Below, in pieces: positions 23,801-36,394 of a DNA stretch of 64,000 nucleotides. The stretch's first letter is position 1. Every line of letters begins with the position of its first letter. A program made the translations under genes and the position numbers. The notes under the pieces were generated by a model. It saw only the letters and a program-made list of their open reading frames with translations. It ran no database searches and was not told the DNA's origin. Source of the stretch: Mobula hypostoma (lineage: Eukaryota); assembly GCF_963921235.1 (NCBI RefSeq), contig NC_086108.1, forward strand, positions 41,852,001 through 41,916,000, given 5' to 3'.

Positions 23801-24540
23801 CCTAATGAGGCCTGGGTGGTGGCAGGGAGTTCAGTAGTCTTATGGCCTGGGGGAAGAAGCTGTTTCCCATCTTAGTTCTTATGTTAATGTTTATGCTAAT
23901 ACACTATCACAGTCCTTGGTGGATTGAAGTAGAGGGTGTTTGAAGATCAGATCAGGACTTTGGTCTTGGCACAAGTCTGACAGGCAACAAGGATTTCTGC
24001 CTATCATTGAACTATCCACAACAGAGATCCCAAGATATTGGAAAAATGCCACCAACTCAGTGTCCACAAAATCCTCCAACTTTACTGGAAGGACAAGTGA
24101 ACTAATGGCAGCATCGTTCCCCAGGTCAGCTCCCCTAACTCAGTCAGCTAATTTGGCCAGGACACATCATTCGCGTGCTGACAACAATCTCCCAAGGTAG
24201 ACATTCTATATCTGCCATGGGGAGAGATTACTACGCGAATGAAGAAAAGATTTAAGAATGTGTTCAAAGCCTCCTGGAAGAAATACAACATCTCGACTGA
24301 TTCCAGGGAACCTCTGGTCCGTAGGAGCATTCAGATATTATGAACCTGGAGGCCACGAACAAGGTTCACACAGAAACCCCACAGAAGGAGCAGACTACCA
24401 CACAATCTATCCACTCTGTCAGCCCATCAGCCACCACTTGGCTCATCTGTGGAAAGGTTTTGTAGTTCCCACATTGGCCTTATTAACCACCTGAAAACTC
24501 AAAAATAATAGAGTGAAGTCAGTCATACAAAATCCTGAAC
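20830..24540 (+). mobile_element. degenerate RTE-clade LINE interrupted by a Tc1 element
   Basis: LQKKCKEQHQPFHTAIINLTK, VKQGCIIARELFSIFLAAML; resumes near 23900 with RTE C-terminal motifs and a C-terminal ICGKVC-like zinc motif. Confidence 0.75.
22188..23640 (+). mobile_element. Tc1-family DNA transposon (DD34E transposase pseudogene), right TIR truncated
   Basis: TA|cagtgcctataaaaagtattca left TIR; SGDGYKKISKSLTIPWSTV paired-like domain; VLWSDETKIELF, FQQDNDPK and SLDLNPIENLW with D-34-E spacing; 23590-23640 is the reverse complement of about 22340-22395. Confidence 0.93.
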
Positions 24541-24639
24541 TGAAGGAGAACAACGGCTCCCCAACAACATACTCATCAATTCCCAGTCTAGATTTTGCCA
24601 GGACCACTCTGCTCCTGACCACAAAGAGCTGAATACCAG

Positions 24640-25690
24640 AGCATGACCATCTTTGACATTAAGGAAGCATTTGACTAGGTCTCACTGAGGCATCCTTGTG
24701 AAACTAAAATCACTGAGCTCTAGAAGGAAAACACTTGAATGTTGGAGATGGTGGTGGACGTCAAAGTTCAATCAGCTCAACCCCAGATCATCACTGCAGG
24801 AGTTCCTCAGGGTAGCATCTTAGATCCAACCATCCTCACCTGCTTCATCCATGGCCTTCCTTCCACCATCAGTTCGGAAATGGGGATGCTTGCTGATAAT
24901 TGCGCAATTTTCAATTCCACTCAGCATTTCCTCAGCAAAAACAATTCCCTGGCAGACTCTACACAATATTCTGGCATGGACAGGTAAGTGGCAAGTAACG
25001 TACATGCCACAGAAATGACAGACAAAAGCCATTTCCAACAATCAATAACTTTACTAAGTCACTCACCATTAGTATTCCAGGATCCTAATTAAAAACCCAA
25101 TTAGTCTAGCAATATAAAATATTGTGAGTACCGACTGAAGCAGGTCAAGGGCTGGGTATCCTGTGGCAAATTATTCACCACCTGGCATCTGAAAACCTTT
25201 TCATCAGCTGCGAGGCACAACTCAAGAGCGTGATGAAATACCCTCCACTTGCCTGGAATGAGTGCAATACCAACAAACCTCAAGTAATTTACAAATATCC
25301 AGCACACAGCAACCTTCTCGAATGGTACCCTGTTTGTCACCTGAAACATTCATGCTCTGCATCACTGTTGCATTTGCATTCTATTCCATCCACAAAATGC
25401 ACTGTGGCTCCTCTGTCATTATCTCTCACACTCACAAACTCCACCACGAAGAAGGAAAAGACCAGCAGATACATGAAATCACTTCATCTGCAGGTTGCCC
25501 CCCCCCCCCACAACACCAACATCTGTAGTTTGCCTCCACTGTGTACACCTGTGTACAGACTTGGAGATACATTACTGATCCCTCACGGTCACTGCTAACT
25601 CCCTACCGAACAGCACTGTGACAGTAACTTCCCTAAGAGGAATGTAATGGTTCAGGAAGGTGACACACCACCACCTTTTCAAAGACCCGG
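24640..25690 (+). mobile_element. old CR1/L2-group LINE RT fragment
   Basis: ITAGVPQGSILDPTILTCFI, MLADNC, MKYPPLAW motifs; heavily decayed. Confidence 0.7.
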
Positions 25691-27222
25691 ATCCAAAACA
25701 TTAATTATAAAAACATAAACAACCATATTCACAACTTATACGCCTCAAAATTAGATTTGAAGGGGTCACACACAGGCCTCTTAAATGATTTCAGTAACTG
25801 ATCCGCCTTTTGAATCATGTTTGACCAATCCGGACTCACAGTTGTTAAAACTATAAGTCAATGGGTTGCAATCTAATTTCACAATTATAACCCCACACCC
25901 CTGCTACTTACCTCTTCCACCCATTCCCAGCTGGTGAAGGGAGGAAAGAGGCAAGGGAAAGGAACTACTCTCACTCTGTTATGCCATTCACCACCACTGC
26001 TCCCCTTTGATTATTGCTTTACTTGTATGACTCACCCTAGGTCTTTCAGTTATAGCAGAAAATACTGCACACTGTGTTGGGCTGTAATGTTTCATTTCGC
26101 GTTTAGCGACTGAAATTTAAGTTCTCTTGGAAAATGGTAAATTTATTGAATGAAAGTTAGATAGAGCAGAAAAAAGTGCCTCTACCATTTACCGTTCTTA
26201 ATGAAGCTGTCAGATGAGGTTATTAAAAACTTTGAAGCCATGCATACATCTTCAGAACCAAATTTATTAGTTAAATCAGAATTGATAAACTCTAACAAAA
26301 CACTAACTTATCACCGCAAAAATTTGCTAAACAGAGTTTGACGGGTTTTTGGCAGGAAATTAGGTTGAGCTAGGTTTGTTCTGTTCTCATAATACAGGTT
26401 CAAGGCCAAGTCATCAAAGTTTAACACAGAGTCACTTCTCTCTCCTTTGTCTAAACTAGAATCATATTGTTTCATTAATATGACGTTTTTTTCTATTACT
26501 GAAATGTATTTGTGTGATAGGAAAGGTAATGCTTACCGAGCTGAACCATCCACATAAATTTCACAGCCATAAAAGGAGTACTTGAGAATTCTTTGGCACC
26601 TGATTCACTTCTTTGTTCTCTGAAGCCTAATCAACATTTCTGAGGACCCAGTGAGAACACTTACCCAAATAAACACTTCCAAAAGTACACAGAATCTCAT
26701 CATCCAAAAAATGCCTAGACATTTTGATTAACATCTCATTCAGCACTCTAAACATTCTTTCCCTCCTGTAAAGGTACAGAGTATAGGCCGTAGCAGCTGT
26801 CTTTATACACCCAAGTCTCTATACACCTGTGGCTTCTATCAGCCAAAACAAAAAGGGTGGCAAGCACACGGGGTGACACTACTGCCAGATTCCCCTCAAA
26901 CCTCATGCTAATTTGCCTTAGAAATATATCCAAGGTTGTTCATTGTCACTTGGGCGAAGTCATGGAATTCCTATGTAACAAACTGTGGAGTGGGTGGGTT
27001 ACTGCAGCACTTTGACTGAAGCAGCTTAAAAGCAGAAACTAACACTTATTAGATAGACTTAAGTTCTGAAATGAAAATATAAAATACTGTGAAAAGTTAA
27101 CAGGTCAGATACCATAAAGTGGAAGGAGAATCAGTTAACATCTCAAGCCAGAAATCTACTATCAGAGTTGGGAAAGTGGGTAAACAAATTACTTTTAAGC
27201 TGCAAGGAATTGGGAAGGGTAA

Positions 27223-27736
27223 AGGCTGATTTATACTTCTGCGTCAAATCGACGTCGTAGGTATGGCGTAGCCACAAACCCTATGCGGAGCCTATGTGGA
27301 TCCCTACGCCGTAGCCTGACACGCACTTCTCCCAAAATGTAACTACACGTTGCAGCAACGCAGACCATAACAACTGTGATTGGTCCGCTTGGTAGCATCG
27401 CATTTCCTGCTACGCTGCAATAGCTTCCCATTGGGCGACTGAAGGGCAGGGAAGGAACTCTGGCTGCAATGCTTTCCATAAAGCTTTACAGACCTCCGAA
27501 ATTATGGAGGACACATTTCACTTTTACGTAAAAGATGCTCGCTTTAACCTTGTTTACCCTGAGAAAGACTACCATGACCATGAAGCCTTGCACGGGCAGG
27601 TGCGTGCGCATGTGCGACATGCCCGAGTTACAGAGCGACACAGACACACCAACACACAAGTATAAATGCTCACAACACACGTAGGCCACTTGCATAGGTT
27701 ACGGCGTCCATTTGACGCAGAAGTATAAATTAGCCT
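27223..27736. mobile_element. PIF/Harbinger-type MITE, 514 bp
   Basis: About 35-bp TIRs aggctgatttatacttctgcgtcaaat... / ...atttgacgcagaagtataaattagcct; 3-bp TSD taa / taa. Confidence 0.88.
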
Positions 27737-27859
27737 TAAGTCTCTGCAAAGGCCACAAAGTATGAGAGAATAATGTCAAGTATAGAGCAAGAATGTCTGA
27801 TTCCATGTCCATGTGAGTCCAATGCCCTATCTTAGACACTCACCATCATTATGTGCCAT

Positions 27860-28196
27860 GTCTTATGACGTAGATAATCAAGGTCTGTGACCATGATTGT
27901 TCTTGGCAAATTCTACAGAAGTGGTTTGCCACTGCCTTCTTCTGGGCGCTGTCTTTACAAGACGGATGACCCCAGCCATTATCAATACTCTTCAGAGATT
28001 GTCTACGTGGCATCACTGGTCACATAACCAGGACGTATGATAAGCACCAGCTGCTCATACTACCTGATCCCATGGCTTTACATGACCCTGACTGGGGGGG
28101 GCTAAGTAGGTACTACACCTCACCCAAGGGTGACCTGCAGGCTAGCGGAGGGAAGGAGCACTTACACCTCCTTTGGTAGAGGCGTATCTCCACACT
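27860..28196 (-). mobile_element. RTE-related non-autonomous element/SINE
   Basis: Minus strand gaaggcagtggcaaaccacttctgtagaatttgcc resembles the conserved RTE/BovB 5' UTR motif. Confidence 0.55.
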
Positions 28197-28469
28197 GTCA
28201 CTAAGTATGTTGTTATGCATGAAAGGTCCATTAATCTCACAGTATTTTAAAACTCTGCTGTGTTCAATAATATTTTTTGTCCAGTTGAAAATAGAAATAC
28301 CTACAACCAGTAGTATTTCACGCTCATTATGAATGAACTTACAAGCATGCTTAAGTTTTGCATTTAGTGCAGAGCTCAGAGTTTTACTCCAAGAAAAATG
28401 AGTCTCAGTTCTTCCATGCCACCTGAGCTTCCTTGGTTCAAAGTTCAAAATAAACTTATTACCAAAGTA

Positions 28470-29258
28470 CATATATCGAGTCATAGAGTCACAGAAAAGT
28501 ACAGCACAGAAACAGGCCCTTCGACCCATCTAGTCCATGCTAAACCATTTAAACTGCCTATTCCCATTGACCTGCTCCAGGCCCATAGTCCTCCATAGCC
28601 CTACCATCCATGTACTGTGCCTATCTAAACTTCTCTTAAACATTGAAATCGAGCTCACATGGATACCACTTGCACTGGCAACTCATTCCACACTGTCGCA
28701 ACCTTTTGAGTAAAGAAGTTTTCCCTCATGTTCCCCTTAAACATTTCATCTTTCACAATTAACCCATGACCTCTAGTTGTAGTCTCTCCCAACCTCAGTG
28801 GTAAAAGCTTGCTTGCATGTACCTTATCTATACTCCTCATAATTTTGTATGCCACTATCAAATCTCCCTCTCAATCCTCTGTGTTCCAAGGAATAAAGTC
28901 CTAGCTTATTCAATCTTTCCTTATAACTCAGGACGTCCAGTCCCAGCAACATTATTATAAATTTTCCCTGTTCTCTTTCCTGTAGATCAGTGACCAAAAC
29001 TGCACACAATACTCCATATTAGGCCTTACCAATGACTAGTACAACTTCAATATAACATCCCATCTCCTGTACTGAATACATTGATTTATGAAAGCCAATG
29101 TGCCAAAAGCTTTCTTTATGACCTATCTTCCTGCGATGCCACTTTCAATGAATTACGGGCCTATATTCCCAGAACCCTTTGTTCTACAACACTCCTCAGT
29201 GTCCTACTGTTCACTGTGTAAGACCACCTTGGTTGGCCCTACCGAAGTACAACACCTC
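28470..29258 (-). mobile_element. CR1 LINE 3' fragment
   Basis: LSYKERLNKLGLYSLE, TRGHGL, NFFTQKVATVWNELP. Confidence 0.88.
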
Positions 29259-29702
29259 AGTTTCAAAGTATATTTATTATCAAAGTATGTATATAGTATA
29301 GAACCGATATTCGTTTTCCCCTCATACAGCCACGAAACAAAGAAAAACCACGGAACCCATTCAAAGAAATACATCAAACACGAAACCTTTACATGCAAAA
29401 AAAATCAAACTAATGGCAACAAAAAAATGAGCAAAAAACACAGAATATAAAACACAAAATTGAAAGAGTCCAGGCACATTCAGGTCAGCACAGTGTTCAT
29501 TATCTGCAGGCCACCTCAAATCAAAATTGCTCAAAATAGCATCATAAAAGGAGCGACCAATAACCAGAAATGCATCATAACATGAACTATAGAGTCAAAC
29601 CACGTCTATCAACCTTGCTCCAGTACCACCCTCCAGCAGCACCTAGTGAGAGGGAGAGAGAGATCATTCAAATGTAGGGACTTTCCTTCGGGATCAGTAA
29701 GC

Positions 29703-31472
29703 AAGAAGGGGAGAGGGGGAGGGGAGAGAGGGGGGGAGAAGGGGAGGAGAGAGAGGGGGTAGAGGAGAAGGGGAGGAGGAGGAGAGGGAGTGAGAGGGGA
29801 ATGGGGGAGGGAGAGAGGGGAATGGGGGAGGGAGAGAGGGGGATGGGGGAAGGAGAGAGAGGGATGGGGAGGGGAGAGGGGGGATGGGGAGGGGAGAGGG
29901 GGGATGGGGAGGGGCGAGAGGGGGGATGGGGGTAGAGAGGGGGATGGGGAGGGGAGAGGGGGATGGGGAGGGGAGAGGGGGAGGGAGGGGGAGAGGGATG
30001 GGGAGAGGGGGATGGGGAGGGAGAGAGAGGGGATGCGGAGGGAGGGGAATGGGGAGGGAGAGGGAGAAGGATAGAGAGGGAGGGGGATGGAGAAGGAGGG
30101 GGATGGAGAAGGAGGGGGATGGAGAAGGAGAGAGGGGGGATGGGGAGGGAGGGGATGGGGAGGAAGAGAGAGAGGGGGATGGGGAGGAAGAGAGAGAGGG
30201 GGATGGGGAGGGAGAGAGAGAGGGATGGGGAGGGAGAGAGAGGGATGGAGAGGGAGGGGGATGGGGAGGGAGAGGGAGGGGGATGGGGAGGGAGAGGGAG
30301 GGAGAGAGTGGGATGGAGAGGGAGGGGGATAGGGAGGGGGATAGGGAGGGGGATGGGGAGGGAGGAGGTTGGGGAGCGAGAGAGGGGGGATGGGGAGGGG
30401 TAGAGAGGGGGATGGAGAGGGAGGGGGGTGGGGAGGGAGGAGGTTGGGGAGCGAGAGGGGGAATGGGGAGGGGAGGGAGGGGGAGAGGGATGGGGAGAGG
30501 GGGATGGGGAGGGAGAGAGGGGGATGGGGAGGGAGAGAGAGAGACGGGGGATGGGGAGGGAGAGAGAGGGGGGATGCGGAGGGAGGGGAATGGGGAGGGA
30601 GAGGGAGAAGGATAGAGAGGGAGGGGGATGGAGAAGGAGGGGATGGGGAGGGAGAGAGAGGGGAGGGAGAGGGAGAGACGGGGGATGGGAGGGGGGATGG
30701 GGAGGGAAGAGAGGGGGGATGGGGAGGGGGAGAGAGGGGGATGGGGAGGGGAAGAGAGGGGGAGGGAGGGGGAGGGGGAGAGAGGGGGATGGGGAGGGGT
30801 AGAGAGGGGGTGGGGAGGGGAGAGGGGAGGGAGGGGGAGAGGGATGGGGAGAGGGGAATGGGGAGGGAGAGAGAGGGGAGGGAGAGGGAGAGACGGGGGA
30901 TAGGGAGAGACGGGGATGGGGAGGGAGAGGAATGGGGATGGAGAGGGAGAAGGATAGAGAGGCAGGGGGATGGAGAAGGAGGGGGATGGGGAGGGAGAGA
31001 GGGGGGATGGGGAGGGAGAGAGAGGGGGATGGAGAGGGAGGGGATGGAGAGGGAGGGGATGGGGAGGGAGAGAGGGAGGGAGAGAGGGGGATGGGGAGGA
31101 AGAGAGAAGGATGGAGAGGGAGGGGGATGGGGATGGAGAGGGAGAGAGTGGGATGGAGAGGGGGGATGGGGAGGGAGGGGGGATGGGGAGGGAGGAGGTT
31201 GGGGAGCGAGAGAGACGGGGATGGGGAGGGAGAGAGAGGGGGGATGGGGAGGGAGAGAGTGGGATGGAGAGGGAGGGGGATGGGGAGGGAGAGAGAGAGG
31301 GGATGGGGAGGGAGAGAGTGGGAGATGAGGAGAGAGAGAGGGAGATGGGGAGGAGGAGGGGAGAGGGGGTGGAGATCGGGAGGGGGATGGGAGAGGGGGG
31401 AGAGAGGGGGGGAGGGGAGGGAGTGAGGGGGAGGGGAGAGAAGGGAGAAAGGGGGGAGGGGGAGAGAGAGAG
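29703..31472 (+). repeat. 1.77-kb polypurine G-rich low-complexity/minisatellite tract (ggggatggggagggagagag-like units)
   Basis: Almost only G and A with sparse T and C; higher-order repeated blocks; produces the spurious Pro/Ser/Leu and Gly/Glu/Arg ORFs. Confidence 0.97.
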
Positions 31473-31710
31473 GCCATTTGCCTTCTTCACCACCATAAAT
31501 ATCAGTGCTTCTACCTTTGGGAATCTTTGGATTTTGTTCTTCAGCACTTACAGTAGCTTTATTAAACCATATAAACTGTATCACCTCAGAAATTGAATAA
31601 ATCACAAATTGTATCACTTCAGAATTAATTTCCACCCACCATCGCCCTGTCCAATTATGCAGCTGATCTGTAGCCAAAGACTACTTTCCTCACGATCAAC
31701 AACATGAAAA

Positions 31711-34700
31711 TGTCACCACAAATCCATCTCTTGGTGTCAGGCACCTCCCAGTCTCCACCCAGTTAACTGGAGTCACCTGCCACACTTTTCCAACCCATTA
31801 CCTGCAGCCTACTTAAACACAGCTCTCATCCACAGCCCTTGGCCTCTCATTGAATATGCCAGCCTCAAGCAGTTGCTCCTAGCCTTAAGTTACCTTGTTG
31901 CCTGTGGTGTTTAGTACCAGTTCTCTCATTTTGTGGCTCCTCATGGCTATTATTTTGCTGTTTATTATTAAACCTATCACTTACCACTAAGTCGTCTCTG
32001 CTGCTTTGCTTTTGGGTCAATCCTCCTCTACATTCCCTGACAGGATGAGTTGTTACGTACCCCATAACTGGGTTGCCAAACCAGCAGAAATGGATCACTC
32101 AGTTGGAGTCTGGATTACTAGAACTAAGAAAGTTTTATTAAAGAAACAAGCAACACAGTAATCGAAAGGATAATAAATGCAACAGTTCAGCAATGATAAA
32201 CACACAGGTGCACAGAATTAAGATAACAGGATCAATCAAGTTCTATCATTGTCTAGGGGTAAATGACCAATTTCAAAGTGATGCAAAGTTCAGTTCAATT
32301 TAGTTCAGTTCGCAGTAATCGTTGCCATGGCGATGGACAATGTTGGGGGAGGGAGAGAGAGAGAACGAGAACGAATGATCATTCCAAAACGGCTTCCACT
32401 CACAGACCTGCGATATTTCTCACAAGCAGCTTTCGGGCGGGTCCTTTGTGATGTCACCTGAGGTCACCGACTGTGACCCCTTCTCCAGATGCGGTCGATC
32501 CTCTGCAGTGAACCCGGCACCCGAGCAAGGGTGGACACACACCGGGGTTCCCGCTGATCGTATCTTTCCACCCTGTGCGTTTATGGCCCGGTACTTTCCA
32601 CCGACTCGTGAGAGGCGCACCGCTTCCAGGGTCTCGTTACCTCGAGTGTCGTGTGTGTGTCCTGCCTTAGCGAACCTGTCCCTTTTTATCCCCCTGCTGG
32701 GGTATCGCCTGTCCATCACTTCAAACAGTTCAGGGTTCAAAGGGGGAGCCGATCTTGACAATACCCAGACTGATGGCTCCTTCATTAACATCTCAAAATG
32801 CTGCTTCATTGTTCCTTATCTCTCCCTCCCCTGAGGACAGGTGGCAGACCAACTGCTGATACCACTGTTGCTAGCCCAGGCCAGCAAACATCTTAATTTA
32901 TGTGTATTCTCGTCACAGAGTGAGCCAGTGATTGACCCAGAACAGTTTGCTTACCTGAAGGAACTCATCTGTCAACCTGAGCACATGATCCAGAATCAGC
33001 AGGAAACCATTGACCATCTGCTCACCACTCTCAACCAACTCTCTATCTCGATACAGCAAGCCTACAACAGCCAACTCCTCCCTTCGAGCCTTGGATTCCG
33101 GTGCCTGAATGCTTCGATTGACCCACAATGCCACAGCTTCCTGTCCTAGTGCCTCGTGCACTTTGAGCTCCAGCCATTTCTGCATTTTCTGGACCAAGCT
33201 AAGACTGTCTTCCTCATCTCTCTCTTGACTGGGTGAACTTGTACCCGGGCTGCCGTGAACTGGGACAACAAGACACCCATTTGCAATGCATAAGGATTTC
33301 ACTGCTGAGATGTGCTGGGTTTTTGACCACCCGGGAGGTGGAATGGAGGCAGTAGATCAGATGCTTCGTCTACACAAAGGCTCGTACTTGGTGCTGGATT
33401 GCACCATGGAATTCAGGACCCTTGCAGAATAATGCAGCTGAAATGTGAAAGCACTGCTAGCTCATTACCACCACGTCCTCTCAGAGCATTTGAGAGGGAG
33501 ATGACCAGCGACCTTGAACACATCACTCTGGCCCTCTGTGGTGACAAGCGACCTATGGAGTGGCCCTCCAGGTCAACATCCAGACCTACAGATTCATTCT
33601 CAGAACTATTTCAGGCTGCAGGGCCTTCCTTAGAAAAGTCTCCATAACCCAAGCAGCTAGGGAGAGCTCCCTTAGCTCCCTAAGGTCAGGAGTAGCGGTG
33701 GGGAAACAACTTGTATACCTACTGTGGAGCAGCCGACCACCAACGCATCAAATGTCCACTCCAGCTGGGAAATAGACACAAGGGACCTTCTACCTGGTAG
33801 GTTCCCCTGGCACCTTGTTCCAGCATCATTGTCCAACTCAGTTTCGCTGTCCTCCTCCACACCCCAACTGCTCCATGTGCACGGAGGCTCTAAAAGCATT
33901 CCGGCGCAGCAGCTTTCTGGACCAGACACTCTGTGTTGAGCTTGGTCTTCCAACTTTGCCTATCTCTTAATCCGTGTGCATCACAACCATTGCTGGGTGT
34001 ACCTTGGGGTCTGGGATGGTCAGTGCGCACACAGCCTACACACATGAACATCGGAGAGCATTACGAGTCCATAAAATTCCTCCTGAATGCATCACCCAAC
34101 CCTCCTCTCATCCTGGGTTCCCCTGGCTCTCCACCCAGAACCCTCACTTCACTTGGTCATCTAGTTCACGGCTGAGCTGGGGACTCACTTGCTGGACCAC
34201 CTGCCTGTAACCTCAGCTGACTTCATCTTGTAAATCCATGGAGACGGAGGAAACTCTCAACCTCTCCAAACTCCCACAGCAATACCATGACCTTGCTATC
34301 ACCTTCAGTAAGAGGAAAGCCAGTAAGTAGCCTGTTGACTCACAGACTACATGATCAACCGCTTTCCAGGCACAATCCCTTCCAAAGGACATCTGTTCTG
34401 CCTCTCCCATCCGAAGACCCAAGCCATGAATGGCTACTTCGTCAATGTGCTACAGCACAGCTTCATTTGCCCACCCCAGTCCCCAGTCAGTGCAAAATTC
34501 TTCTCCATCCCTGCACCAACTACCACAGACTCAACAAGATCACCATTAAGAACTGCTACCTCTCCCCTTGATGGATAGTTCATTTGAAACACTCCATGAG
34601 ACCCAGATCTTCACCAAACTGGACCTACGGAGTGCATACAACCTGATCTGCATCCACCGAGGGACGAGTAGAAGACAGTGTTTATAACACCCACTGGCCA

Positions 34701-35648
34701 ATCAAAATACTTGGTGATGCCTTTCAGACTCAGCTGCTTTCCAAGCCTTCATTAGCAAAATTCTCCAAGACATGCCACACAAGTGTACCCTCACCCACCT
34801 CAAAGACATCCTTATCTTCTCCAACAACCCCAACACCATGTCTGTCACATCTCCTCAGTACTTCACTGTCTTCTTGAAAACCAACTGTACTGCAAGTTAG
34901 TGAAATGCCAGTTTCACACCCCAGTCATTTCCATTCTGGGTTATATCCTTTCACCCCGAGGCTTAACCATGGACCCAGAGAAAGTGTGAGCCATCATTGA
35001 ATGCACTCCTTCTAACAGCTACAGTGCTCCTAAGACTTCACCAACTTCTTCTACAGCAGCTTCATCTGAAATGACAGTCAAATTGCTGCTCCTCTCATCT
35101 CGGTCACCAAACTCATGGATAACTTGGACTGCTGCTCCAGACCACACTTTCGAGGAGCTTAAGAGGCTTCACCACCGCTCCCATTCTCCACCATCTGAAG
35201 CCCTCCAGACCTTTAGTGGTAAAGATGGATGCATCTGATGTTGGTGCCAGGGCCATCTTCTCCTAGCGAGGACTGGACAAGAAGACACACTCATGTGCCG
35301 CCTTCTCAAGCAATTTCAACTCTACACAATGCCATTATGAAGAAGACAGGGAGCTACTCACCACTAAATCGGCTTGGAGGTATGCAGACATTGGCTGATG
35401 GGAAACACCAAGCCCTTCCTGATCTGGACTGGAACCAGAATCTCATATCCATATGACAGACCCACCAACTCATCCCACGTCAGGCTCGCTGGGCCCTCTT
35501 CTTCAAGCAATTTAACTTCACCATCTCCTACCAACCCAGCTCCATGAAACCTAAGATGGACACCCTGTCGCAACATTTTGGCCCAGCTGAAATGGAGATC
35601 CACCTTCAGCCCATCATTCTATCCCTGCAGATCCTCGCCCCAATCATT
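31711..35648 (+). mobile_element. degenerate Tf1/sushi-like Gypsy LTR retrotransposon (5' LTR, gag, PR, RT, RNase H; 3' part missing)
   Basis: LTR 31711-32042 (TGTCA...TGACA). Gag CHSFLS*CLVHFELQP...FLISLLTG; YCGAADHQRIKCP knuckle near 33720; [15 protein letters not shown] near 34610; RNase H DASDVGARA and RQARWALFFKQFNFTISY. Confidence 0.9.
32051..32917 (-). mobile_element. solo LTR (867 bp) of a different LTR family nested in the sushi-like element
   Basis: tgttacg...cgtcaca termini; perfect 4-bp TSD gagt (32047-32050 / 32918-32921); minus-strand AATAAA near 32135 and TATA-like ggataaaaagg near 32685. Confidence 0.88.
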
Positions 35649-35649
35649 C

Positions 35650-36230
35650 AATGCTTGGCTGTATGCTGTTCAGATGGCCGTGGAACTGTTGGATGCCTGG
35701 AGTCCATGAGGCCATACTATGAAGTAGTAGTTGACGATACGGTGTCATCAACGTATCTGAAGAAGCATTTGGGGTGTACGGAATGAATTTGGAGTCGTCT
35801 CCTCAAAGTCCTCCATGTAGAAAATAACAATAGCCCGCATCAAGGAGTGCAGGTGTGTCTCTTCGGAGAAATCAGCAGGAGCAGAACATTGTATTCACAA
35901 TGACCATAGGATTAACTTCGGCACCAAACTATTGTGCCATGCCAATGGCTTTTGCAACCGCCTAGTGAAGGAAGCCATTGAAATAAAACTAGAGGAAAAG
36001 TATTTTAACAAAGATGAAGGTCTCGCTCTAAGTAAGAACTGGAATTCGATTGTAAACAAGGTGGGACAGTGGAAACCTGATGGGTTAGTCCTCATTCAAT
36101 CAGGAAGGATGGATGACAGGGGTATAAGTACCATGAGACTAGACATGCCCAGGCATCATCCCAGATGAAGATGGCAGAGATCGTCATCAAAACGGTTAAT
36201 ATTGATACCAGTAACTGGCTGGAGTTTATT
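35650..36230. mobile_element. Penelope-like element fragment with 5' inversion (RT piece minus, GIY-YIG C-terminus and terminus plus)
   Basis: Minus 35650-35833 gives FYMEDFEE and YVDDT; plus 35834-36070 gives RLVKEAIEIKLEEKYFNKDEGLALSKNW; degenerate hammerhead-like end near 36160-36200. Confidence 0.8.
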
Positions 36231-36394
36231 TGACCTGTCACATGGTTCATCTCCTGATTACAACCTAACATTCTATTGTAACTACTTCCCAGTAATAAAG
36301 CACAAGATTCAGAGGTTCTTCATTCCTGTTTTACTTTTTAAAAGAATGAAGCCAAAACTAATAAGAGACAGTGATGAAAAGCTCAATAAAAGAA

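Noticed and set aside
25912..25930. 19-nt minus-strand micro-exon (cag|CTGGGAATGGGTGGAAGAG|gtaagt); similar exon-like signals near 26537-26626, 26665-26766, 12440-12538 and 56966-57017
   Set aside because: Splice-like signals are present, but there is no recognisable peptide and no consistent phase chain to the GPCR exon; such signals arise by chance in 64 kb.
29609..31677. 600+ aa Pro/Ser/Leu-rich and Gly/Glu/Arg-rich ORFs
   Set aside because: Artefacts of a polypurine tract that lacks stop codons in multiple frames on both strands; not extensin- or collagen-like genes.
32841..33400. Domesticated gag gene (PEG10/RTL-like)
   Set aside because: Multiple stops and frameshifts, with a retained LTR and decayed pol: an ordinary dead retrotransposon.
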